A stretch of 64,000 nt of DNA from Eledone cirrhosa (Eukaryota): the NCBI GenBank assembly GCA_964016885.1, contig OZ024754.1:17546001-17610000 (forward strand), read 5' to 3'. Positions 1 to 15,700 of the stretch are shown here, one piece after another (the first letter of the stretch is position 1; each line of letters starts with the position of its first letter). The notes below the pieces were generated by a model. It did no database searches. It was not told where the DNA came from and saw only the letters and a list, made by a program, of their open reading frames with translations. A program made the position numbers and the translations under genes.

Positions 1-318
1 TCCACACAGTAAAGTGGTTGTGTAGGTGTCACGACAAAAAGCACCCAGTCCACACTGTAAAGTGGTCGTGTAGGTGTCACGACAAAAAGCACCCAGTCCA
101 CACAGTAAAGTGGCTTTGTTGGTGACAGGACAAAAAGCACCCAGTACACACTGCAAATGAGGTTGGCGTCAGAAAGGGCACCCAGCATTATAAACCAAGC
201 TTGAATCAGTTCTGTGTGAGCAAGACACAGTCACCCAATCTGGCTTGTCTTAAAAGTCATCTAACCCATGCTAGTGTGCAAAAATGGATGTTAAATAGTG
301 ATGATGATGGTGATGATG
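1..318 (+). repeat. End of a ~48-bp minisatellite running into an RTE-type SINE/LINE 3' tail
   Basis: About 3 copies of aaaaagcacccagtccacactgtaaagtggtcgtgtaggtgtcacgac, then gaagggcacccagc...aacccatgctag...(gat)n; this tail matches the LINE at 16270-16522. Confidence 0.75.
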
Positions 319-391
319 AATAACAACAAAGATGTTTTAAATAATAATCCAGATTTATGAGTAGAGGCTGTAAAAATTGCTGGCTTTTTCA

Positions 392-536
392 CAATTGGTA
401 CTTTATTTTATCGACCCTGTAAGGATGAAAGGCAAAGTTAACCTTGGCAGGATTTGAACTCAGACCGCGAAGGGCCGTAACTCTATGGTGCAAAGCATGG
501 CGTCCGACCCTCTACTGATTCTACCAATCCACCGCC
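392..536 (-). mobile_element. tRNA-derived SINE (family A)
   Basis: Reverse strand reads ggcggtggattggtagaatc...gagttcaaatcc (A/B-box like), then gcctttcatcctt...gtcgataaaataaagtacc; many copies in the window. Confidence 0.75.
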
Positions 537-617
537 ATAAAAACAATGTTTACTTCATAATAAAACCTCTGTGTGGTTGCTCAACATAGAAATAATTCTA
601 TCAAATGCCTTATTTTA

Positions 618-796
618 CAAGGGTCTGCTGAAAAGTTCATAAGCTGACTATGAAGGAGTGATGCTAGAGCTGTGAAATCTTGCATGCATTAATAACTGCA
701 GTGTTTCTTTCTAGGGACCATGTTGAAACATAAACCACATTTGGTCATTCCATGAGAGTATCTTGGTCAGCCTATGAACTTTTCAGCTGACCCTTG
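618..796. mobile_element. Tc1/mariner-type MITE (179 bp)
   Basis: ~31-bp terminal inverted repeats caagggtc(t/a)gctgaaaagttcata(a/g)gctgac; flanked by TA at 616-617 and 797-798. Confidence 0.8.
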
Positions 797-830
797 TAAA
801 GGAAGGACACGTTATATAATGTAAAGATGA

Positions 831-1085
831 ATGGCTTCGTGCTCAAGGTGTTCAGCTCATAATCATAAAGTGAATTCAATTCCTGGATCAAATTGTGCAT
901 TGTGTCCTTGAGCAAGACACTTTATTTCACATTGGTGGAGTAAACAGTAACTCAACTGATACCTGTAATTTAAAGAGCCAGCTGGATCCCACTGAGAAAT
1001 ACATTAAAAGCACATATGTCTGTGGAATGTATAGTTTGTTCGGTGGATTGAATAAGTAGAACACATTATTGGAACCAACTGAGGA
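831..1085 (+). mobile_element. Decayed CORE-type SINE
   Basis: tRNA-like head followed by tgtgtccttgagcaagacactttatttcacatt, the core shared with 21850 and 35932. Confidence 0.55.
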
Positions 1086-1583
1086 TCAATTTATTAAAAA
1101 TATCACCTTTATGTCCACATTTCCATTATGGTATGGATGTTTTTAGGCAGTTTTTCCAAACAAACTATTGTTGATATTGCCAAAACAAACAAATGTATCA
1201 AATGTCCTTATGTGTATTTAACAGGTTGAACAACCATATTGAGGGACACCTTAATGATTTGGGTTACACATGTATGCATCATATTAGAAAACAAAAATTA
1301 AACCTTCTGTTTTTACTTACAGCACATTTTGTGATAGTTCTGAAGCAACAGGAAATGATATTTATTTGTTTAATGTTCAGGAAAATCATCATAGCTCAAC
1401 CTTGATCATTTTCAAATGACAGTCAATACTTAATATTTAATCAATCTATAACAACAAGAAACTAATAAATTAATTATTTCTTGTTTTCTGGAAGTAGAGT
1501 GTTACTTTGGTTTGTTCAAGTCTCCAGAATTTTAATCCATTTCTTGTACAAGACTCAACAACATTATCAATGTCACTGTCACT

Positions 1584-1773
1584 CAAAGGGCAGTGAATTG
1601 GCAGTATCGGTAGAGGGTCAGACACCATGCTTTCCAGCATAGTTACGTCCCTTTACGGTCTGAGTTCAAATCCCGTCGAGGTTAACTTTGCCTTTCATCC
1701 TTACCAGGTGGATAAAATAAAGTACCAGTAATGAACTGAGTAATTGCTGGCCTTGTGCCAAAAGTAGAAACAA
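1584..1773 (+). mobile_element. tRNA-derived SINE (family A) with target-site duplication
   Basis: A/B boxes and family A core; flanked by the direct repeat attatcaatgtcactgtcact (~1563-1583 and ~1773-1793). Confidence 0.85.
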
Positions 1774-1799
1774 TTATCAATGTCACTGTCACTATGGTA

Positions 1800-2710
1800 C
1801 CCAGGTAGTAGCTTCTCTGGTCTTTGACTGTTTAACAGTGCTGGCAGCTGTTGATGTCTTCAATGGCATAAAAACTCTCAAAATCTTCACAATTGTTATC
1901 TAGGAATTTTCTCACAGTTGCCAGAGCAAGTCCAACATCTGTCATTGAAACAGGTAACATACCACCACTACTGCCACTGCCATCATCATTGCTGTCATTA
2001 CTATCAGTTGATCTAGCACCATCATCCATGAATGAGGCAACCAGTTCTTCATAAGTTGGAATATTGTAACACAACAACAGATTATTATCTTGGCTGACAT
2101 ACTCATCAAACTGTTCTTTTGTCATCATGGCAGGAGCAGTCACCGTATCGTCTTCAGAAAGGTCAGAATCTACAGATGTAAAGCTAGTATTTTTGAAGCA
2201 ACTGATGATTGTCAAAGTTTTTTCAAAACCTTTATAATACCTTGGTTACACGGTAGAATTACTGATGCTGTGTTTGACGGAAGAAACATCAGTTTGACTT
2301 ATTTAAGATTTGCAACTGCCAAGTGGGCAGGACGGACATCTCTCTATCAAATTCTTTCAGCCATGTGGTAAATATCTCTATAGTCATCAAGGCATTCTTG
2401 CTGCTTTTATAAGTCACTGGAAGTGTTTTCCCACGGAAGCATCTGGGTTCCTTCTTTTCCCCAATCAGTAGTAATTTTCTTTTGTCATTTCCTGACATAT
2501 TAACAGCTCCCCTAACTGTCACTCTATCTTTGCATTTTTGGCTTCCACCCATTGTGTCTGTCTTGAAAGGAAAGCAAACCTTTGGAACAGCTCTGTAGTA
2601 CAATCCAGTTTTCCCTGCAATATAGATGTTATCAGGGTTGTAGCTCTGTAGAATGTCAGGTAACACTGTACCTGTCCAGTTATCAGCGGCATCTTTCTTC
2701 TCACAATTAG
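1800..2710 (-). pseudogene. Tigger/pogo (CENP-B/TIGD-like) DDE transposase relic
   Basis: ORF 2289-2666 has YNPDNIYIAGKTGLYYR...KDRVTV..VNMSGNDKRKLLLIG..KEPRCF...VTYKSSKNALMT..IF..WL; the first catalytic DE is lost, the middle is deleted, and the acidic C-terminal part lies in ORF 1832-2215. Confidence 0.8.
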
Positions 2711-3097
2711 GCTTCTTAAATCTGATTTACCATGTGTGTTTTATTATTGATGTTATTGTTTTAATTATTCGCTATATAGCTATTTTGTTACTGATGTTAT
2801 TGTTTTGGTTTAACACCACTCTTCTATAAAAGAATATAGTGCAGGCGCTGCAAACAAACATCTCGAAACTAACCTTGCATCCCTGACCCTGCGTAAATCA
2901 ACAATGGTAAAGCAGTAACCACAAAATACTAACAGGTAACAAATAGTCTGGGGAACACTGCTCTAACACCGGCTAGAGTTATCTCCCTTGATCTATTGCA
3001 ATATCAATACATGTTTTTTTACGAAGAATGAACTGTGATGTGAACTTATCTTTAAAACCCCTTCTGGGTGACGTAAGGAACACTCTTTAGTTTTTTA

Positions 3098-3138
3098 TGC
3101 CCTTGAGAAGCCCTTTCGGGCGAAACGTACGTAGGTGC
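3098..3138 (+). ncRNA. Minimal hammerhead ribozyme, U3-A8 core variant (Penelope-like LTR)
   Basis: TTGAGAA, stem II gccc-tttc-gggc, GAAA, C-gtac-G palindromic loop, GTA triplet, weak stem I; AATAAA follows. Confidence 0.55.
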
Positions 3139-3329
3139 TGTTTTAAATAAACATATTTTAACGGTTTGTTCTCCTTTATATACTTCTCCACGTGCATCCA
3201 CTCTGCTTATATTCTCGCCCACTAGATATTAACACTTCTAATATTTAACACTGCAGGCACAAGTAGAAGTTTGGGCAGAGAGTTCTTGTTTACGGAGGCA
3301 TATCCGGGTGTAGGAGGCTTATCCGGGAT

Positions 3330-4201
3330 TTCTTGAAAGAATTTATCTGGATGCCCTTTCTAACACCAACCACGTTTACAGTGTGGACTGTGTTTTTTTG
3401 TCGTGACACCTACACAACCTCATTTATTTAGGACTGGATGTTATGGTACCAACATAGCTTTACATCGAAAGGAGTGGTGTAGATGGTGGTGGGGGTAGGG
3501 GTAGTGGGACGGGTGTGCATTTTGGCTAAGAGGTGCCCACCGACTGTAGGTTTCGCTTTGTACTTAGGCAAGGCGGGTCTTCTGTATTACTGCGCAGCGC
3601 CATAGACCTCGGTCCAGTGACACTGTCTTGGAAAGGTGCAAGTGTGTGAGGTCGGAATTTATCAAGTCATCCCAGGTTTTTCTGGGTCTGCCTACCACGC
3701 AGCTACCGTCCATTTTGATCGCCCTGCACTTTGTTATACAGTGTCGTCTTTCATGCGAATCACGTGACCATACCAACGCAGTCCTCCCTCGAGTAAACAG
3801 CATCTGATCCCTCTCATTCCCAATTTCTCACTCAGTTCATTTATACTCTGCCTCTCGCGTACACTACCATTACACATCCAACAGAGCATGCAAGCTTCGT
3901 TCCTCTCCAGTCTGCGTCGATCCTCTGCACACAAGGCCCATGTCTCACTGCCATCACACAGCCTGCCCCTCACTTTTAGAGAGAAACCATTAGCGGCCAA
4001 TAGTGGTATAAGCTCTCTGAACCTTTTCCATCTCGTTCCGACTCTAGCTACAGCACCTTCGGAGCACCCTCCACCACTGCCGATTCTGTCACCCAGGCAA
4101 CGGAAGGTGTCCACCACTTCTACAGAACTATCTGGGCAATGGAATGAGCTAGCATTCTGTGGGCATTTGCTGCTACTTATTGCACCAGAGCACCGGCCAC
4201 A
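3330..4201 (-). mobile_element. 5'-truncated, diverged RTE LINE fragment
   Basis: ORFs 3734-4117 and 3564-3803 match the C-terminus of the 12.7-16.5 kb element; 3' UTR present. Confidence 0.9.
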
Positions 4202-4534
4202 TATATTATTAATAATTATTAATTAATTCTATCGTGCAATGCCTGTGCGTGTAGATATTATTTAAAGTGAGAAAAGACTGTGCACTGAGCCAATCCCACT
4301 CTCTGAGCGACAGTAGCTATAACCCGAAATGAAGAAAAGATCAACATCATTGGTAACTACTGAGCCACAGGTTTTATATTGGAGTCATCCCAGTTTCCTG
4401 AGTTCCTAGAAGAATGCCCTGACAAAGGCTAGGGGTCCTTCACTCCCAGTGGTTTAACCGCGTGGTAAATGTGTATATACATATTTACACACTTTCGGAT
4501 GGCTGTTGACTCTTATGAGTTCTTTCGCCCTTTG

Positions 4535-6615
<2,081 letters not shown>

Positions 6616-6715
6616 AAAGTTCTAATTAAAATTGTTGGGATACAACAAGTAAATATTTTTATAACTGATATAAAGCACTCGACAAGTATTTGGAGTAGAT
6701 ATACGATATTAATAA

Positions 6716-7049
6716 ATGGAAACTATATTTATAAAACCATATTTATTTCATTATACATATTTCAGGGATACCAAATTAAATTATGGTATGCCTTCATCAG
6801 ACAAAATACAATATATAACAGTTTTACAAATAAGCTTTGACGTACCCTATTAAAATGCAACCATTGTTTTTGGAAGTCATCCGGATGACTTCCAAAAACA
6901 ATGGTTGCATTTTAATAGGGTACGTCAAAGCTTATTTGTAAAACTGTTATATATTGTATTTTGTCTGATGAAGGCATACCATAATTTAATTTGGTATCCC
7001 TGAAATATGTATAATGAAATAAATATGGTTTTATAAATATAGTTTCCAT
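6716..7049. repeat. Perfect spacer-less palindrome (167-bp arms) made of a Penelope-like LTR
   Basis: Centre TCC|GGA at 6882/6883; arms read as exact reverse complements. Confidence 0.92.
6957..7021 (+). ncRNA. Type I hammerhead ribozyme (mirror copy at 6744-6808 on minus)
   Basis: Stem I tattttgt/atgaaata, CTGATGA 6965-6971, stem II agg.atacca/tggtat.cct, GAAA, T-atgt-A, ATA triplet; covaries with the 19543 copy. Confidence 0.7.
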
Positions 7050-7104
7050 ATATTAATATTGTAAACTATATATATATATATATACACATACATATATATA
7101 TATA

Positions 7105-7148
<44 letters not shown>

Positions 7149-7152
7149 TATA

Positions 7153-7194
<42 letters not shown>

Positions 7195-7198
7195 TATA

Positions 7199-7238
<40 letters not shown>

Positions 7239-7267
7239 TATATATATAACTATATATATATATATAA

Positions 7268-10048
7268 TCATCATCATCATCATCATCATCGTTTAACGTC
7301 CATCTTCCACGCTTGCATGGGTATGGACGGGAGTTTTCCCACTTGAGGCAAGAGTGGTTGTCTTGCTCGCATAGGACTGTCTGGCAGGTTTTCTACGGCT
7401 GGATGCCCTTCCTAACACCAACCACGTTTACAGTGTGGACTGGGAGGTTTTTACCGTGTTACCTACACGGCCACATTACAGCGTGGACTGTGTGTTTTTT
7501 TGTCGTGACACCTACACGACCTCATTTGTTTCGGACTGGATGTTGTGGTACCAACATCACTTTACATTGAAAGGGGTGGTGTGGATGGGTGGGGGTAGTG
7601 GGACGGGGGTGTATTTTGTTAGAGGTGCCTACTGACTGTAGTAGGTTTCACTTTGTACTTAGGTAAGGTGGGTCTTCTGTAATACTGTGTAGCGCCAAAG
7701 ATCTCGGTCCAGTGACATTGTCTTGGAGAGGTGTAAGTGTGTGAGGTCGGAATTTATCAAGTCGTCACAGGTTTTTCTGGGTCTGCCTACTCCATGGCTA
7801 CCGTCTATTTTTATTGCCCTGCACTTTTTTATACAGCTGTCGTCTTTCATGCGCATCACGTGACCATACCAACATAGTCCTCTCTCGAGTAAACAACATC
7901 TGATCCCTCTTATTTCTAATTTTTCCCTTAGTTCGTTTATGCTTTGCCGTTCACGTATATTACTATTACACATCCAAAGGAGCATGCAAGCTTCGTTCTT
8001 CTCCAGTCTGCGTATATCCTCTGCACACAATGCCCAGGTCTCACTGCCATGTAACATTGCTGTTCGTATGCAGGCATCATACAGCCTGCCTTTCATTTAG
8101 CGGCTAATAGTGGTATAAGCTCTCTGAACTTTTTCCATCCAGTTCTGACTCTAGCTACTGTACTTTCAGAGCACCCTCCACCACTGCTGATTTTGTCACC
8201 CAAGTAACAAAAGGTGTCCACTATTTCTATAGAACCATCTGTGCAATGGAATGAGCTAGTATTTTGTGGGCACTTGCTGCTACTTATTGCACCAGAGCAC
8301 CGGCCACATATAAAATCTATGTTCTTAGTTAGCTTACCTGTGATCCCACTACATCTTTTATGCACCCATACTTTGCATTTGGGACATAAAATGGAGTTTC
8401 TACCTACTCCTTTCCTACACACTGAGCATGGCCATTTCCCGGATGAACTTTAGTCGTAGACAGGTTAATTTTAAGGCCTTTTGATTCTAGGCCATGCTTC
8501 CATGTTTGGAATTTCTTCTCTAGTTCAGCCATTGATTCAGCTATGAGCATTAGATCATCTGCGTATAGGAGTTCCCATGAACAGCCGGTCTTGAACTCCA
8601 CTGTTATAGCCTGAAGGGCAATAATAAATAGTAGGGGGCTAAGAACGGAGCCCTGATGAACACCAACTTTTACACTAAACTCTTCACTATATTCGTTGTT
8701 AATTCTAACCTTGCTGGCTGTTTCTTTATACATGGCTTGTATAGCTCTCACAAGCCATTCATCAACACCTAGTTTTCTAAGAGCCCACCAGATAATGGAA
8801 CGGGGGACTCTGTCGAAGGCTTTCTCCAAGTCGACAAAAGCTAAGTATAGGGGTTTACTTTTAGCTAGGTACTTCTCCTGTAGTTGTCGTACAATGAAAA
8901 GAGCGTCTGTGGTACTTTTACCTGACACAAACCCGAACTGCATTTCATCTAGATCAATTCTCTCTCTGATTAGTTGCGCTATTACTTTTTCTGTGACCTT
9001 CATGACCTGGTCGATTAATTTAATGCCTCTATAGTTACTCCTATCTAGGGCATCTCCTTTACCCTTGAAGCAGTTAATGATGATGCTGCTACGCCAGTCC
9101 TTCGGAACAACCCCATTCTGTATGACTTGGTTTACTATCCGGGTGACCATGGTGTGTCCCACCGTTCCAGAAGCTTTCAGCATTTCAGCAACTATTTCCG
9201 AAGGCCCAGCCGCCTTACCCGTCTTCATATCTTTGATTGCCTTACTTATTATACTACCTTCGACTAACACTGTTGGTCCCTCTATTGGATCGATGTGGGG
9301 GAGACTGTCTTTCTCCCATTTATTCTCCTCATTTAATAGCCTTTCGTAGTGACACTTCCAAGCTACCTTCTTATCAGCGTCAGTGATGGCAAGTACACCA
9401 TCATCATTAAGGACACACTTCTCCCCGACGATATCACGGTTTTCCTTGACACATTGCCTAGCAATCCTGAACACCTCACATTTTTGCTCCTCGCATTGTA
9501 GAACATGCTTGAACTTTCTTTCCTCTGCTTCCCTTCTTGCAAGGTACACTTGTCTCTTAACTTCTCTCCTGGCTACTTGATAGTATTCTCTACTTCCCCC
9601 ATCCCGCCATACTTTCCAAGCCTGCTTTTTGGCCTTAATTGATTCCTCTACCTTACTGTTCCACCACCAGGTTACTCTCCTCCTGCCTATAGGCCTGCTC
9701 CAGCCACAGACTTCGTCTGCCGCCATCAGCAGGTTTGCTTTCAGGAATTCCCACTGTTCCTCTATATTGTACGACTCTAAATGCTCTTCCTTACTGTCGA
9801 AAGCATCAAGTAATATGCTTTTAAATTTATTTCTGGCTGTGGCGTCCTTTAGCTTCCATATTTTTCTCCTGAGGATAGTCCTCTTCTGTTGTCGAGTACG
9901 TCTCGTCCTGACTATGAGGTCGCTTATTATCAGTCTATGTTGGGAGGTGCATTCTTCATGGGGGAGGGATTTAGTGTTTACAACAGACACTCTGTCACGT
10001 CTTCTGGTAAGGATATAATCTACCTGGCTGGTATGTTCCCCTGATCTA
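7268..10048 (-). mobile_element. 5'-truncated RTE LINE (RT domain, small deletions)
   Basis: ORFs 8404-9990, 8093-8422 and 7659-8096 are near-identical to the plus-strand copy (YADD motif); (gat)n tail at 7268-7290. Confidence 0.95.
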
Positions 10049-10082
10049 TATATATATATAACTATATATATATATATATATA

Positions 10083-10119
<37 letters not shown>

Positions 10120-10300
10120 CTATATATATATATAACTATATATATATATAACTATATATATATATAACTATATATATATATATATATAACTATATATATA
10201 TATATAACTATATAAATATATATATAACTATATAAATATATATATATATAACTATATATATATATATATATAACTATATATATATATATATAACTATATA

Positions 10301-12022
10301 TCATAATCTATAAAGCTGAGTGTATGGACATGCTCCTTTGTTATAGAAATCTACGATATACAATTTCTTCAATTGAAATTTACAATTCAGTATTCGAAAT
10401 AGCTTCGATTGCGTCTTGGCACAGATAATTTTTTCAATTTCACCCACAATTACGCAAAAAATAGATAAAACTCAATATTTTACGATTTTTCTCTCTCATT
10501 TAAAGTGCTAAACTCTATCCATTACCATTCAAAATCTATACAACTTCATACTTTCTGCTACTTTCTCTTTCCAAGCTTGATGGTGATACTGTCCGTTTTA
10601 CTCTCTCATATCATCTGCTTACCTCTATCTACAACCCACACATTTTGCTACTTTCTCTTTTATACTTCAAACTTACTGATTTATTTCCAAACGCATACAA
10701 ACACACACTCATTTCAAATGATAAAAAAAACATTTAAAGCAATTAAACAACGTGCGTGATTTATAACCACACTAACTTTTAGTTGCTTCAAACTTAATGA
10801 TTTATTTACAAACACATACAAACACACACTCACATAAATTGATAAAAAAAAATTTAAAGCAATTAAACAACGTGGGGGATTTATAACCACAAATACACGA
10901 CTATTCATTAACAACATTTAAAGCAATTAAATGTGCGTGATTGCCGAAGAGAGAGAGAGAAGAGAGTGAGAGGGAGAGAGAGAGAACGTTTATTATTACA
11001 TAAAGTACCAGTAATGTACTGAGTAATTGCTGGCCTTGTGCCAAAAAAGTAGAAACAATTATTACATTTAATACGAAACGACAATTATTCAAAAGCAACA
11101 GATACATTATTCAACAACAAGCGATAAATCTTTTTTAAAACCTCTCAACGAATGTGGATTCTTACAGACTTTGAGTCGAATCGGTTTGAAATTGTGCAAA
11201 TGTATAAACATGGAACATGTGCACACACACAACAACAACAACAATCTGCCTTTTATCGATAATGATAAACAATAATATCTTCTATGAGGTCACTAAACCT
11301 GCTAGAAACAGCAGCTAACTCTCCCCCATACCACACCCCTCCCTACTGTCTTAAATTTAGAAAACATATCTTCTATGAGGTCACTAAACCTGCTAGAAAC
11401 AGCAGCTAACTCTCCCCCATATCACACCACTCCCTACTGTCTTAAATTTAGAAAACATATATCCTCTATGAGGTTACTAAACCTGCTAGAAACAGCAGCT
11501 AACTCTCCCCCATATCACACCCCTCCCTACTGTCTTAAATTTAGAAAACATATCTTCTATGAGGTCACTAAACCTGCTAGAAACAGCAGCTAACTCTCCC
11601 CCATATCACACCACTCCCTACTGTCTTAAATTTAGAAAACACATATCCTCTATGAGGTCACTAAACCTGCTAGAAACAACAGCTAACTCTCCCTCATATC
11701 ACCACCCTCCCTACTGTCTTAAATTTAGAAAACACACAGACAACCATGCAGAACAACTCCATCGCAGTTCTGTTGTTTAGCTGGCATCGTCTACGCGCGT
11801 GTTGCGCAAGTACTGTGGAACAATAAATTTCAACACTTTTTTGCACAGAGATAATATCCATAGGGGAAACTACAATTGTCACTGGTGGCGCAGCTCCTGC
11901 TTCCAGGTCTGCAATTCATTCACCCACTGCCTGGCAGACAAAAAAGTGCTGCCATAAAATGGGTGGTGCAACCTAACTTTGGTAACTTAATGACCCCGAG
12001 CAACGCCGGGCTTTAATGCTAG
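10301..12022 (+). mobile_element. Non-autonomous Helitron-type element
   Basis: A|TC start (10301 or 10307, tctataaagctgag); 3' GC-rich hairpin cccgagcaacgccggg followed by CTAG|T at 12019-12023. Confidence 0.7.
11274..11735 (+). repeat. ~92-bp tandem repeat, 5 copies, inside the Helitron
   Basis: Unit ctatgaggtcactaaacctgctagaaacagcagctaactctcccccata...tactgtcttaaatttagaaaac. Confidence 0.92.
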
Positions 12023-12116
12023 TATATATATATAACTATATATATATATATATAAAACTATATATATATATAACGATTCTTTGCTTAAACTTTAATCTGT
12101 TATTTTAATAAATATA

Positions 12117-12736
12117 TAAATACGAAAGTTTTTGGTCGTATTGAACAGAACAAATTTTGTATTTTTGTTAATCGCTTGTTAAATGCAAGGACCCCATTCA
12201 ATCATTACCTTCTATCTAGCGTATTTTCAAACCTTAATTCCTAACGTATTTTCAAACCTCAATCCCTAATTCTAGCGTATCTTCAAAACAAAAAAACAAA
12301 ATCCTTTCCTTCTTCCTTCTTCGAAGGCATGGGGCGGTCAAACGCCTAACACACACAACCATCATGCGGCCAACCCCCCCCTCTCTCTCTCTCTATATAT
12401 ATATATATGATAGGAATTCACTTCGCCAAATTTCATTGCTTGCTGTCTCTACCCCCACGATATTCATGTAACGTAATGTACAGATTTCATTTCTCTTCCT
12501 CCACAAATCCTAATTCTAGCGTATTTTAATTCTAATTCTAGCGTATTTTCAAAACAATCCATATTTCGTATCAAGTCCAAATAGCCAAATCTATCGCTAA
12601 AACAAACTACATTTTTTGTTTCTATTAATTGTTAAATACGAAAGTTTTTGGTCGTATTGAACAGAACAAATTTTGTATTTTTGTTAATCGCTTGTTAAAT
12701 GCAAGGACCCCATTCAATCATTACCTTCTATCTAGC
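12117..12736. repeat. 104-bp direct repeats (12117-12220 and 12633-12736) bounding a 516-bp unit
   Basis: Identical taaatacgaaagtttttggtcg...ttaccttctatctagc at both ends. Confidence 0.85.
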
Positions 12737-15700
12737 TACCCAACACCCCTCCCTCCCACCCCCACGCACCACCATTGCTATTACGCGGACCAATCATAAA
12801 ACAGAGCCCCCACGCATCACCAGTATTATTACGCGGACCAATCAGAAGCCAGAGGCCTATACTATCGCTTGCCTGGTTGCCTTTCGATATATGATGGATG
12901 GATGGACTGCGGAATCCTGGAGAGTGGAGGAGAGAGAGAAAAATCTGGACGCTCAAGCGACAATGCCAAAGATAAAGACAAATTCACCTCTTGGACGAGA
13001 ATGCGAGCACTCATTGTTTCGACCGCGGACGGCTAACATAACCCCATCGCCCCCCGCCCCCCACCGCCCCCAACCCCCAAACGCAATCCAAAACTTCAGA
13101 GTTGGTACCATAAATGCAGGCACCCTAAAGGGTCGCGCTAACGAGGTTGTAGAAATGCTTGAACGTAAGGAGGTCGATGTTTGTTGTATTCAAGAGACCA
13201 GGTGGAGGGGTGGGTCTGCCAGGTTCATTGAGGGTAAAAAACGATGTTATAAGCTTTTCTGGGTGGGAAACGACGATGGGCTGGGTGGAGTAGGAATCAT
13301 GGTAGCAGAAAAGTGGGCAGATAAGATAATAGACGTAAATAGAGTGAACGACAGAATAATTAAAATACGACTTGTCCTCAATAGAACTACGGTGACAGTA
13401 ATATCTGCGTACGCACCCCAATCCGGACTGCCCGGCACTATAAAAGACAGATTCTATGAGACACTGATGCTAACTACCTCCCAAATATCCGACAGTGACT
13501 ATATAATTATCGCAGGCGACCTAAATGGTCACGTTGGACAACATTGTGACGGCTACGACGAAATCCATGGAGGCTATGGGTTTGGTACTAGAAATGAGGA
13601 AGGCTCCAGAATCCTGGAATTCTGTGATGCAAATAACCTAACTATCTGTAACACTAACTTCAAAAAACGTGACAATCACCTGATCACCTATAGATCCGGG
13701 GAACACACAAGCCAGGTAAATTATATCCTTACCAGAAGACGTGACAGAGTGTCTGTTGTAAACACTAAATCCCTCCCCCATGAAGAATGCACCTCCCAAC
13801 ATAGACTGATAATTAGCGACCTCATAGTCAGGACGAGACGTACTCGACAGCAGAAGAGGACTATCCTCAGGAGAAAAATATGGAAGCTAAAGGACCCCAC
13901 AGCCAGGAATAAATTTCAAAGCATATTACTTGATGCTTTCGACAGTAAGGAAGAACATTTAGAGTCGGACAATATAGAGGGAGAGTGGGAATTTCTGAAA
14001 GCAAACCTGCTGTTGGCGACAGACGAAGTCTGTGGCTGGAGCAGGCCTGTAGGCAGGAGGAGAGTAACATGGTGGTGGAACAGTAAGGTGGAGGGGTCAA
14101 TTAAGGCCAAAAAGCAGGCTTGGAAAGTATGGCGGGATGGGGGAAGTAGAGAAGACTATCAAGTGGCCAGGAGGGAAGCTAGGAGACAAGTGTACTTAGC
14201 AAGAAGGGAAGCTGAGGAAAGAAAGTTCAAGCATGTTCTACAACGCGATGACCAAAAACGTGAGGTGTTCAGGATTGCTAGGCAATGCGTCAAGGAAAAC
14301 CGTGATATTGTCGGGGAGAAGTGTGTACTAAACGACGATGGCACACTTGCCATCACCGACGCTGATAAGAAGGTAGCTTGGAAGTGTCACTATGAAAGGC
14401 TACTAAATGAGGAGAATAAATGGGAGAAAGACAGTCTCCCCCATATCGACCCAATAGAGGGACCAGCAGTGTTAGTCGAGGGGAGTATAATAAGTAAGGC
14501 AATCAAGGATATGAAGACGGGTAAGGCGGCTGGGCCTTCGGAAATAGTTGCTGAGATGCTGAAGGCATCTGGCACGGTGGGACACACCATGGTCACCTGC
14601 ATAGTTAACCAAGTCGTACAGAATGGGGTTGTTCCGAAGGACTGGCATAGCAGCATCATCGTTAACTGTTATAAGGGTAAAGGAGACGCCCTAGATAGGA
14701 GTAACTATAGAGGCATTAAATTAATCGACCAGGTCATGAAGGTCACGGAAAAAGTAATAGCGCAACTAATCAGAGAGAGAATTGACCTAGATGAAATGCA
14801 GTTCGGGTTTGTGTCAGGCAAAAGTACCACAGACGCTCTTTTCATAGTACGACAACTACAGGAGAAGTACCTAGCTAAAGGTAAACCCCTCTACTTAGCT
14901 TTTGTCGACTTGGAGAAAGCCTTCGACAGAGTCCCCCGCTCCATTATCTGGTGGGCTCTTAGAAAACTAGGCGTTGACGAATGGCTTGTGAGGGCTATAC
15001 AAGCCATGTATAAAGAAACAGTCAGCAAGGTTAGAATTAACAACGAATATAGTGAAGAGTTTAGCGTAAAAGTTGGCGTCCATCAGGGCTCTGTTCTCAG
15101 CCCACTACTATTTATTATTGCCCTTCAGGCTATAACAGAGGAGTTCAAGACAGGCTGCCCATGGGAACTCCTATACGCAGACGACCTGACACTCATAGCG
15201 GAATCAATGGCCGAGCTAGAGAAGAAATTCCAAACATGGAAGCACGGCCTAGAGTCAAAAGGACTTAAAATTAACCTGGCTAAGACCAAAGTACTAGTTT
15301 GTAGGAAAGAAAACAAGGCGGCGGTCCCTTCTGGGAAATGGTCGTGCTCGGTGTGTAGGAAAGGCGTAGGTAGAAACTCCATTTTATGTCCTAAATGCAA
15401 AGTATGGGTGCATAAAAGATGTAGTGGGATCACAGGTAAGCTAACTAAGAACATAGATTTTACATGTGGCCGGTGCTCTGGTGCAATAAGTAGCAGCAAG
15501 TGCCCACAAATACTAGCTCTTTCAATTGCGCAGAGGGTTCTATAGAAATAGTGGACAGCTTCCGTTACCTGGGCGATAAAATCAGCAGTGGGGGAGGGTG
15601 CTCTGAAAGTACTGTAGCTAGAGTCAGAACTGGTTGGAAAAAGTTCAGAGAGCTTATACCACTATTAGCTGCTAAAGGGTTCTCCCTAAAAATGAAAGGC

